Under the pieces are notes generated by a model. It saw only the letters and a list, made by a program, of their open reading frames with translations. It searched no databases and was not told where the DNA came from. Both the position numbers and the translations under genes were made by a program. A stretch of 64,000 bases of DNA, from the IMG/VR virus record IMGVR_UViG_3300047586_000066, positions 1-64,000 of that record; one strand, given 5' to 3'. This document shows, piece after piece, positions 15,903-25,197 of this stretch. Source of the DNA: a virus. Position 1 is the first letter of the stretch. Each line of letters starts with the position of its first letter.

Positions 15903-17225
15903 TTATCCACTCCCACAGCGAACCGGATCTTGTCCTCCTCCATCTTCCCGATAGCCTCCGGCACAGGCTTCGCCTCTGAACCCCACAACTTTGCTAACCA
16001 CTTTCTCATTTGATTTCGGCCCCCATGACGTGAACCCTACCTTGAAATTGAGATTGCTCTCGAGTGTGTCTACGACTGACTCCGTTCTCAAAAGCGACGG
16101 GCTGCATCTGTTCAAATAAGCGGGAGTGTTTTCCAATATTGTATATTCGAATCCGCTTCTGGTCACGTAAGCGTCACAGTAGATAACCCCCTCTGACTTC
16201 CCGATCCGATCCATGTGAGTCAGAGCCAGGAAGTCGACCCCGCCGATTGCTTGTAGAGAATATCTCAGCGCGGGAATGTCCAGGTAGCCTTTTCTTACAG
16301 ATCCTTGCCATTGACCGTTTACGTTGTGAAGCTCAGAGTGCTTTATATTACCCGTTTCGGCCACGAATGGCCCGGCGCCGTGCCGGGTGAAGTAGGTCCG
16401 GGTTACGCCGACTCGAAGGACCTGGGCATTCATTCCCGAAAGGAGCTTGGTTGCGTTTCCAAAACTACAGTTGCTCCAGGTGTTGTAAGGCGAACATCCA
16501 TACTTTTCATCCAACAGCATGCCCTGGGCGCCTTCGAACACCATCGCCTCTGGGAGTTCTGAAGCGATAACCTCACGCCAGGTTTTGATCTTCACCTTTG
16601 GCCAGAAGTCTTTGGTATAAAAGCGTAGTTCATCGACCGGATTGATGACCGCCATCTGTTTGTAGATCTCATCCGCTGTATGATCCATGCCCAAAAAAGG
16701 CATACACTTCGCCAGATTCTTTGCCCTGACGATATGCAACCGCTCACGCGCATAGGGACTTAGGATATCGCAAACAAGAAATGATTTTCCCTCTTCGTGA
16801 TCAGACTGGGCCTCTCCAATCCCCATGCCGCAAGATCCATGGCGATCTCCTCCCCGGGCAAGTTCCTTGATCCGATTCGCCATCCATTGCCAGGGAGTGA
16901 TGATGATCGCATTCGGGTCCACGTAGGGGTACGGGATACCCCAAGTGTCTTTTTCCTTTAGAACATCATGCTCGTTTATCATCGCGTAGGGTTCGATGAG
17001 CATGTGCTCGCTGAGGTAAGTCTGGCAGCCAGGAATAAAGCTGCCAGACCCGAATTGCGCGAAACAATGGTGCCGGCCGTCCTCTGTGATCACATTATGG
17101 CCAGCCTGGGGCCCGCCGTTGTAGCGGACCACCAGTTTCGCGCCATAGTGCCGGCAAAGAAAGTCGACCATCGTCCCTTTGCCTTCATCACCAAAAGCCA
17201 GGCCGGCAACCAAGATCGCTTTCAT
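15903..17225 (-). CDS. purA: Adenylosuccinate synthetase-like protein
   Basis: GLAFGDEGKG, YNGGPQAGH, GSCGMGIG, FEGAQG, RTYFTRHGAGPF, LTHMD. Confidence 0.88.
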   Translation of the reverse strand: MKAILVAGLAFGDEGKGTMVDFLCRHYGAKLVVRYNGGPQAGHNVITEDGRHHCFAQFGSGSFIPGCQTYLSEHMLIEPYAMINEHDVLKEKDTWGIPYPYVDPNAIIITPWQWMANRIKELARGGDRHGSCGMGIGEAQSDHEEGKSFLVCDILSPYARERLHIVRAKNLAKCMPFLGMDHTADEIYKQMAVINPVDELRFYTKDFWPKVKIKTWREVIASELPEAMVFEGAQGMLLDEKYGCSPYNTWSNCSFGNATKLLSGMNAQVLRVGVTRTYFTRHGAGPFVAETGNIKHSELHNVNGQWQGSVRKGYLDIPALRYSLQAIGGVDFLALTHMDRIGKSEGVIYCDAYVTRSGFEYTILENTPAYLNRCSPSLLRTESVVDTLESNLNFKVGFTSWGPKSNEKVVSKVVGFRGEACAGGYREDGGGQDPVRCGSG

Positions 17226-17626
17226 TTCTCACTCCGGTTAGAACGGTTTCTCTCATAATCAGCCCTGCATTTTTTGTGATAACAGGCGATGTTGAGCCCT
17301 TCTCTACTCCTAATTACAAGGGACAACAGAGAATCGTATGATCTACAGTAAGAGCAGATTCGCCATGCAGGATTTCCACACGCTTTTAAGGCTCTCATCC
17401 TCTGATGAAGTAGAGAGTGATAACCCCTATTCTGACAAATAATTAGATTTTTCGGGTCATTATTCATCGGATCTTCATCAAAATGGTGGACCTCTGCCTT
17501 TTCGGGCAGATATCTTCCAAGAGCTCTCTCTGCAATGATTATATGTTCGAGGACATCTCCTTTATGTGCTCTCGGATGGCCATCGACTCTCACTGTTACG
17601 ACTCTCCGTTTTTTCCTTTTTATCAT
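17222..17626 (-). CDS. HNH homing endonuclease
   Basis: EHIIIAERALGRYL...EVHHFDEDPMNNDPKNL...H. Confidence 0.85.
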   Translation of the reverse strand: MIKRKKRRVVTVRVDGHPRAHKGDVLEHIIIAERALGRYLPEKAEVHHFDEDPMNNDPKNLIICQNRGYHSLLHQRMRALKACGNPAWRICSYCRSYDSLLSLVIRSREGLNIACYHKKCRADYERNRSNRSEK

Positions 17627-17629
17627 GCT

Positions 17630-18670
17630 CTACAACCTGTCAACTCCACCGGCATTACCGGAAACCGAGGGGAGTCCGTCTGCCGAATAACGGCTGATCT
17701 CACCAGTGGTTTTACTCAAAGCAACCAATGATGAAGATATACCAGCGTCAGCGACACCATCAGATACGATGTCGTCCAAACCAACATATTCTTCACAAAT
17801 GGCTACCGCGGACACGATGCATTCGCAGATCTTCGCCGGGTCTTCCAGCTTGATCACGTTCTGTTGGCTGAGATGACGGACCCACCAGGTTTCGAGTTCC
17901 CGATCGGAATAGTGCGAGGTCATGTTCGGGATTATCATAAAAATGTGATATTTCTGTTTCGCTTCCTCGAGGATGGCCTCAAGACTGATTTCGTCTTGGA
18001 TGGTCTCGCCCAGGACGTCCAGGACCTTCTGTTTTGTAAGTTTCCTGTATGCGTGCTCGTCGCCGATCAGAAAGACGTAGCCTTTCCGGCCGCGCTTCTC
18101 CATGTGATCGTGGACCGTGTGCCGGGCCATGAAATAGAGCGCCAGCTCGTACTCTTCATCATAGGTCCCGCCGCCCATGCCGGTAAGCCACAGGTTCGTC
18201 AGGTTGTCATCGATCTCGATGCCTGACTCGAACTGCCCGATTTGGAATGTTCCACCGCTACCGGCGAAACTACGCATGGCATCGTAATCGTCGACAGCTC
18301 CGATCATGATTGCCGGGTAGCCTTCTCCCAGGTACTTCTTGCCGGACGCCTTGTCATCCAAGAAGCATCCCATTAGCTTCGAAAGCTCCTTCTGGATGAT
18401 CTTAGGAACTTGGTCCATGGATCCCGTGGTGTCACAGATCACGGCCACAGGAACGGACACCGGATGTTTGTCTGAATCTCGGGCCTCACGGATCTTCACG
18501 CCTTTAGGATCGAGTGAGGGATGGACTTTGGCTTCCGCCACTCCAGTTTTGATGTCGTGGCTATATTTGAAAGTTGCATCCTCTTTGCTGATTCCCATGG
18601 CAGAAGCCAGATTTACCCGGCTTATTGTTCGAGATGCGTAATCGACTTTTGAATATGAACTTCCACCCAT
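17630..18670 (-). CDS. vWA-domain protein
   Basis: MGGSSYS N-terminus, VICDTTGSM MIDAS, QIGQFES, GMGGG, FLIGDE. Confidence 0.85.
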   Translation of the reverse strand: MGGSSYSKVDYASRTISRVNLASAMGISKEDATFKYSHDIKTGVAEAKVHPSLDPKGVKIREARDSDKHPVSVPVAVICDTTGSMDQVPKIIQKELSKLMGCFLDDKASGKKYLGEGYPAIMIGAVDDYDAMRSFAGSGGTFQIGQFESGIEIDDNLTNLWLTGMGGGTYDEEYELALYFMARHTVHDHMEKRGRKGYVFLIGDEHAYRKLTKQKVLDVLGETIQDEISLEAILEEAKQKYHIFMIIPNMTSHYSDRELETWWVRHLSQQNVIKLEDPAKICECIVSAVAICEEYVGLDDIVSDGVADAGISSSLVALSKTTGEISRYSADGLPSVSGNAGGVDRL

Positions 18671-18682
18671 TTGCTTTTCTCC

Positions 18683-19693
18683 TTATTTTGTGATTAGTTT
18701 TAATTCAACGAATTTCGCTGGACCAAATTCCTCTTTGGCAAGAGTGATCCAACGGTCCTGAACTCCCCAGGCGTCATGCGGCCGCGAGGCCGGTTGTCCT
18801 GCCATACACCATCTAATAAGATCCCTGAAACGCTTTGGCACTGAATTCGCAGCGAATTCCAGAGTCTTCATCAGCATGAATATGTCCGTGGCCGGCGACG
18901 GCAACCTCTTCAGCCTGACCTCCGGGGCATATAGATCTTGGTAGTCTTTAACCAGGGCCGGAATCCTGTCTCCGTTTCGGGACTTGCAGGAGTAGCACCA
19001 GTCGATCAGCTTCAATCCGTGGTCGGCCGGGTTGAAAAGAAGATGGTCCGGCAGGACCGCTCCGTGGATATATCCTTCTCGATGGACAAACCCAAGCACG
19101 CTCAGTGCCCGGTTCCCCATCCAAACTATGTGCCGGAAATCCTCTATCGATCCACCGGTTAGAACCATGATTTGCTTTAACGTGAAGTGTTGCTCTTCTC
19201 GGACGAAGACATTCACTCTACGGCCAGAGGCTTTCGTTCTCGCCTGAAGGTTCGGCAGATATTTGTGAAAATTGCCCATGGGTCCCGAGCCGCGTAGCAG
19301 CTTGAGAGCTTCCGCTTCACGGTCCATCAGATCGTTATCGATCGGCTTCCGGACTATTTTAAGCAGGAATGGAAGACCATCCGAATGTTCCGCTTCGTAG
19401 ATATCAGCGATATCCCCTTTTGCGAATGGGACCGTGACCACATACCCGCCGATTACAACCTGGACGGGCGCCGGACCTTTGGTCGCAAGGGAATACAGTT
19501 CATTCAATTTAGCAAAGGCTTTGGTCGCCCGGGCCTTGAAATCGTCCGGAACAACGTCTGGATGGACGATCCGGGCGTATCTTTTGAACATTTTCGCCGG
19601 ATCTTCCGAGGGCTCGATTAAATCCTTGTACTTGACGGCTGCTTCAATCTTTTTTAGATAGGTCTCCAGAGGTTCGTGTTTTGTCCTCTTCAC
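18683..19693 (-). CDS. J-domain + Ser/Thr kinase-like protein
   Basis: YARIVHPD (J-domain HPD), FAKGDIADIY, LLK, IHGAVLPDH, LIDW, APE, ATDIF. Confidence 0.8.
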   Translation of the reverse strand: MKRTKHEPLETYLKKIEAAVKYKDLIEPSEDPAKMFKRYARIVHPDVVPDDFKARATKAFAKLNELYSLATKGPAPVQVVIGGYVVTVPFAKGDIADIYEAEHSDGLPFLLKIVRKPIDNDLMDREAEALKLLRGSGPMGNFHKYLPNLQARTKASGRRVNVFVREEQHFTLKQIMVLTGGSIEDFRHIVWMGNRALSVLGFVHREGYIHGAVLPDHLLFNPADHGLKLIDWCYSCKSRNGDRIPALVKDYQDLYAPEVRLKRLPSPATDIFMLMKTLEFAANSVPKRFRDLIRWCMAGQPASRPHDAWGVQDRWITLAKEEFGPAKFVELKLITK

Positions 19694-20237
19694 GGTTTCT
19701 CCCTTCTCTACCCAGTCTTGTTGAAGCCATAATCACATTTTCCTGCCAAACGGAGGTATCGGCGGAATGGCGCTTACCGGGATGACCTTCGGGGGGCCAT
19801 CTGAAAACATCCAGCTTACCCAATGGCGAGCGTTGACCTGAAGCATTAGCTTCGGATCCCCCATTTCTGGATCATGGCCATAAACGCAGAGATGGCCTTT
19901 TTCGTCAACCTGAAGATCGTCTGCCTCGATCTGAACCTGTCCATTGATTAAAATGATCTGGTACTTTTGTGACATTCAAATCTCCTGATCCGGTTTCTTT
20001 TTTTGGAACCATTTGTAAATTGGTTCTACGACAGAATAGAGCCTGCCGCACCATTTCTCTATTTCTCTTTGACGCTCTTCAACCGTTCGAATCCGCTCAT
20101 CGAACGAGGCAAGCTGAGAGAGGAGACCTTCGATTCTTCGTTCTGTCGTCAGTTTGCTTTCTTCGCTCATGACTTTTGTGCCTGTCGTTTCAATCCACGC
20201 CCCGCGCAAGGGGCGACATTTCGAATATTGGTTTACT

Positions 20238-20720
20238 TTACTTCTTTCTGCGACGAATATAGCCTTTCATCTTCTCCAGGATTGACGGTTCCAGACTGTT
20301 CAAAGAATTCCTGATGCCCTGGACGTCCTCGTACACGGCCGGCAGCTTATCGAGCATCGGTTTTACGCGTTGATAAGCCATCAAGATGTTTTGGTACTCA
20401 GCCCGCATCTGCTCGAGGTCCAGCCTCATTTCCTCGACGTCGGACCTATAATTTTCCCCAAGGCTTTCGTTGATCTTCGTCTTCAGAGTCTCGACAAGAG
20501 TCTGCTGGGCGTTCGCTCTCTCATCCAGCCGGAAGATATGCTCCCAAGGGTGCTGAAAGCGGGACATTTCTGTTTCGTGGATGATCGGGTCATCATCGTC
20601 CGCGTTCTTTGCTAGGGCCTTAATCGTGAGGAGCTTTCCTCCGTCGATCATTCTCTTGACCGTTTCAACCCGCATGCCCATGAGATATGCTGCCTGTCTG
20701 ATGCTGAATACTCCGCTCAT
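20238..20720 (-). CDS. Excisionase-like HTH + coiled-coil protein
   Basis: FSIRQAAYLMGMRVETVKRMIDGGKL. Confidence 0.6.
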   Translation of the reverse strand: MSGVFSIRQAAYLMGMRVETVKRMIDGGKLLTIKALAKNADDDDPIIHETEMSRFQHPWEHIFRLDERANAQQTLVETLKTKINESLGENYRSDVEEMRLDLEQMRAEYQNILMAYQRVKPMLDKLPAVYEDVQGIRNSLNSLEPSILEKMKGYIRRRKK

Positions 20721-22156
20721 TTGTGAAGTTCCTCCATGATTTTTCCAATTGCCTTCGTCATTTCCTCTTCCCCCAGACCCATTGCCTTGACAATCAGATT
20801 GGCCTTTTCTTGGTCCACCATCTTATTCACGACCGTTGCTATAGCAGTCGCGCCGTTCCCGACTTCTATCGCCATGACCTGCATGATAATGGTGATTCCG
20901 GCCTTCCTGGCAAACGTGTCATAATCCACGAACATCTGCCGAGCCAGCTCCATCCTCTCGACGGCCGCTTGCTTGATCTCAGGAGGAATCGGACGGTTGC
21001 CTTTCAGTTGCGTGAAGTTCTCCGGGCTGATCTTATCGCTCATCTTTTTGATCCTCTACCTTTTCAAGTGCTTGTTCCCACCAGTCCTCAAGGCTAATCT
21101 TGCCATCCCATAATACGTCAACTTCTATTGGGAATGGATACGGATCATTGTCATGGATGCGGACGACCGTTCCAATGCGGTTTTTGTTTTTCCTCCAGGT
21201 TATACTTAGCTGGGCGCCGCGGACGAGCCGGACGCGATCTCCCAGTTTGAAAGTCATTGAATCGTCCTAGTCAATAAAAGAGTGTGCGCCGAGCATGATC
21301 TCATGCAGAACGACGGTCCAATCTCGATCCGGTACCCTTCTTCTTCAGAGAATTCGGCCTTCGTCACAGTTTTTCCGACCAGAGAACTGAGAAGGGCTTG
21401 AATTTTTTCCGTCGCAACCTCTTCTGTTTCGCCATCCATCGGGTTTCCGTTCGTCTTTTTCATCAGTCTCTCTCCCAGTTTTGTATAGTAATATTACCTG
21501 TAGAGTAATTTGTCAACCAAATTTCGCTGGGATTATTCCCTTGTCCGGATCATAAGTGTAGAGCTTCGTTGCTATCCTTTGCTCTAACAGGTACGCATCA
21601 TCCAGAATGGATTGAATCATGACGCTGGTCGAGACCCCATAGCGTTCCGGGAACTGCGTGGCGATGTCACACATCTCATTGGCTGCGGCCTGGATCATCT
21701 TCAGAAGTTCAAGCATCAGTCAACAATTCCTTTTAGATTTGGTGTTTCAAAATGCCTTTTACAATAGTCCACGTCTGGGCCATGGTGAACCGAACACATG
21801 GAACAGACTGGAGCATCGCAGGTTTTACCGTCCGAGAACTTCCAGTCACACAATAAAGTAGTCGGCCTGCCACAATAGACGCATTTTTTCGACTTCGGTG
21901 TTCGCCCTCGAGTACAAGCGATCACTCCGCCGCCGTCCGGGAACTTTATAGGTATGCAGGGCATTATCGGACCCCCGGTTCTTTATAGTCTTTCCTGAGT
22001 TTCATCTTGCGCTGGTGTTCCTTATCGAACATTTCTATGACTTTGGGCTGACACCTTGGACAGAGCCAGCGTCCGACGTTCTCCATCCAGGAAAGTAGGC
22101 CAGGGTTTCCGCACCAATCGCACAAAGCTGGCATGGGATACGGGTCCTTCATGGCA

Positions 22157-22585
22157 TTACCACGAACCATCTGAGCCTCCGCCGCCGAAGTCTCCGCCTC
22201 CGGCCTCAAAGGTCGGCGGGTCGGGTTCCGGCGAAGGACCAGGAGCTACTACCGGGTTAGAATCGGGATCGGAAAACAGTGATCCGGAGATGATCGCTGT
22301 CGCTGCGCCAAGGACCGGAAGGATCGAGTTATCGTCATCGTCTTCTCTCCGGCGCCGGGACTGTGGTTCCTGCGACTCAAACCGACCGGTGCCCAGCGGC
22401 ATTCCCATCGGTATGTAGGAAATGCGCGGCCCGGGCAGAGCGGGATCAAACACTGGTAGCGGTCGGATATTCCCTTCGTGAATCACAATGAGGTTGCAGC
22501 CGCGCCATTCATGGCACTTCCGACGCAGCCGGCCGATCGGCGTGGTTTCGTCAAAGGTCACTGAGCACTCAGTGCACATCAGCAT
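22157..22585 (-). CDS. Hypothetical protein with Gly-rich tail
   Basis: Ends FEAGGGDFGGGGSDGSW. Confidence 0.55.
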   Translation of the reverse strand: MLMCTECSVTFDETTPIGRLRRKCHEWRGCNLIVIHEGNIRPLPVFDPALPGPRISYIPMGMPLGTGRFESQEPQSRRRREDDDDNSILPVLGAATAIISGSLFSDPDSNPVVAPGPSPEPDPPTFEAGGGDFGGGGSDGSW

Positions 22586-22836
22586 CAGTATTTCCCTCCA
22601 TGGGTGATGGCGGAGTTCGCATCCATCCTGGCTTCTCTGATCTTTCGAATTGCCGTGCTGCGATCGGGGCAGGCAGGAACGTTCACAACGATCAGCTTGA
22701 CAGCTTCCGCCAGGGCCCTACGAACAACCAGACCGGCTCCCTGCTTGGACACATCCCAAGCATGGTACTCAAACATATCGTCGATCTGGGCTTCAATTTC
22801 CGGTGTTAGACTTCCTGCTCTGTTAAGGTCTACCAT
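22585..22836 (-). CDS. Acb2/Tad1-like helical-hairpin protein (candidate immune-signal sponge)
   Basis: IDDMFEYH...P..PDRSTAIRKIREARMDANSAI, 83 aa. Confidence 0.6.
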   Translation of the reverse strand: MVDLNRAGSLTPEIEAQIDDMFEYHAWDVSKQGAGLVVRRALAEAVKLIVVNVPACPDRSTAIRKIREARMDANSAITHGGKY

Positions 22837-23027
22837 ATTACTCTACTCCTTTACCCGGCTGACCGGCATTGTGAAAATTAGCAATCCATGGTTGAACCAT
22901 TCAACCATAAGAAAGTCCCTGTACCACTTTGACTCTACATACTTGTCCTCTCGAAGCAGAGGGAATCCGCGCTCGTCGGAGCAAAAACGCCGGTATCCAA
23001 TAAATGGCAGCCAGGTTCCAAAGATCT

Positions 23028-23555
23028 TCATAACAGTTTTTGCTCCGCTTTCGCCACGATCGAGCTGGCTCGTTCCCATAATCCTGGGTCAGCCTTGAAC
23101 TTCAACACTTTCAGAAGAAGCCTCATCTCGGGAATATAGATCTTGGCGAATTTTGGATCCCGCTCCACGATCGATATCGTATTGGAGATGATGTCCGCGC
23201 ATTTGATTGTCTGGGCCCGGGCACTCGCGTTGGCCAGCCAACTCCGATCTTTAGCCTTCCGCTCAGCCCTATTCCCATCTTCGGGACGGGCAATATGGGT
23301 CAGCTCGACGACGAGACTGATAACATCGTGTTCTTCCAGCAACATCGTGAGATCTTCCCGTGTGAGGAGTGCATCTTCGATCGTGTCATGGAGCCAGGCG
23401 GCCGCGATCATTTCCGGATCCCGGATATCGTGCTCCTCGAGAATCGAGACCACTTCTTTACAATGATTCAAACAGGATTCACCGGTATATTTCCGTACCT
23501 GGCCGGAGTGAGCGAGAGCAGCGAAAAGCCTGGCTTTTTCAATTAAATTTTCCAT
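23028..23555 (-). CDS. HD-domain (SpoT/MESH1-like) hydrolase
   Basis: AHSGQVRKYTGE..H, AAAWLHDTIED, IKCADIISN. Confidence 0.85.
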   Translation of the reverse strand: MENLIEKARLFAALAHSGQVRKYTGESCLNHCKEVVSILEEHDIRDPEMIAAAWLHDTIEDALLTREDLTMLLEEHDVISLVVELTHIARPEDGNRAERKAKDRSWLANASARAQTIKCADIISNTISIVERDPKFAKIYIPEMRLLLKVLKFKADPGLWERASSIVAKAEQKLL

Positions 23556-24471
23556 TATTCGTCAGCCTCTTCCTTGCAGATAGGACAGTCGCCGGCAAAG
23601 CATCGTTCACAGAGAACGTGACCGCAACCCCTCAGCTCAACGCCATCCTCCGGATCGGAGGTCGCGCAGTTCTCGCACACATCGTCTTCGTAGTCTTTTG
23701 TCATGGTCTTACCTCAGGATGTGAACCAGTTTACTCGCAGCGCAGCGCCGGCATTGCTTCCAGCAAATGACAATCTCGGACTTTGGCAAACTGCCGATTG
23801 CCACACTCAACAGAATATGCTGCTCGTATTGCCAGTCATGCCGGATCAGGCACTTGAGCCAAATCACGATCCTTTGCATATTGCTCCTTCCAGTGGCACT
23901 CGTGGCAATGCATTTTCTTCGGGACTCCGTAAGACGCTTTCCTAACTTCTTCGTGCCCGCACTCCAGCTTCATCACGTTTGAACCCTTTGCATTCCGAGG
24001 ACAGCTTGAATGCCGATAGGTATCGTATCCAACTACCTTCCGCCAAGTCATGCCCATTACTTTTTCCTCTTTTTCTTCAGTTCGGACTGGACATTGACAA
24101 AAGCCGTCTCAGCGATTTGAGCCCGGTTTGTCAGCCTATCGCGCTCGTCCATGAGCTCTCTGATCCGCGTGTGACAAGCCCGAAGTTCCAGAGAAAGAAC
24201 TTTGATTTGGAGCCTAAGTTCCAGATTTTCATCGATGCTCATGGTTTCTCCGGAGGCTTTCGCATGAGAGGAGGCGAAAAGAAGTTGCCCCTCGTATCGT
24301 AAACGATCGGCCGAATGTGGAGATATTCATACTGGGCGCAGGCCAGCATGCAGGCTTCTCGGAGCTCGGTCGGCGTCCAGGTCCGGCCGTCATCCTGAGC
24401 AATGTATGAATGGATCAGATCGACCAGGCTCTTGAAGACAGGATCCCGCTCGTATCGTTCCTTCGGGCTCA

Positions 24472-25197
24472 TCATCTTAGGTTTCCTCTTCTCTCGTATA
24501 CCCACTCATCGCCAAACTCGCAATGGTATGGGAGCCACTCAATGGGAAGGATATATTGTTGTTCGACAGCTCGATTCTCGAAGAATGGGATATCGTGACC
24601 TTTACCGTTTGGTCCCACCCATCGAACTGGATAATAGCCCAAAAACCTGATCAATGGATTACCGCGAACGTGGTAGCAACCCCAAACGAAATCACAGTTT
24701 GAAGTCTTGGAAACTCCAGATTCCCTAAAGATCAACTTCCCATTTGGATATCTGGTTGCCTGTGCCGCAATTTTCTTTCCCCATTTATGGAAATCTACTC
24801 CACCATCTCCCTTTCCGGTTCCCTTTTCATTCTTATGATTGATGACATCCTTTTTGTGATCAAAGCCATAGCATTTGCAAAAGCCATATTCTCCGGTCAT
24901 TCCATAATAATGACGGTCTTCAAATGACAAGGCTTCGGAATTGTAAGAGGTATGTTCAAGGCCGGCTGCATTGTCCAAGTCATCTCGTTCTTTCGCTTTG
25001 TCTACAATCCATGGATAGTCATCCGTGGGCATCGGAAAATCTCTATTCCATGGTCTCGGAATTACTATACGTGAGTCATATTTAATTACGGGATCAGGTC
25101 TTGGGCGAAACTCCTGAAAACACTTCTCGCAAAACTCATCAGTTCCGACGAGGTGAAGGTTTTCAGATGGGGTTTCACAGACAGAACACGGTCTCAT
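24472..25197 (-). CDS. Hypothetical protein, possible PD-(D/E)xK-like nuclease
   Basis: G..GE...GDGGVDF motif; visibly more AT-rich than neighbours. Confidence 0.35.
   Translation of the reverse strand: MRPCSVCETPSENLHLVGTDEFCEKCFQEFRPRPDPVIKYDSRIVIPRPWNRDFPMPTDDYPWIVDKAKERDDLDNAAGLEHTSYNSEALSFEDRHYYGMTGEYGFCKCYGFDHKKDVINHKNEKGTGKGDGGVDFHKWGKKIAAQATRYPNGKLIFRESGVSKTSNCDFVWGCYHVRGNPLIRFLGYYPVRWVGPNGKGHDIPFFENRAVEQQYILPIEWLPYHCEFGDEWVYERRGNLR

Noticed and set aside
15903-17225. PurZ (2-aminoadenine, Z-genome) synthase
   Set aside because: The catalytic Asp is retained (GDEGKG, whereas PurZ has Ser here), and no DatZ/MazZ/DpoZ-like neighbours were recognised.
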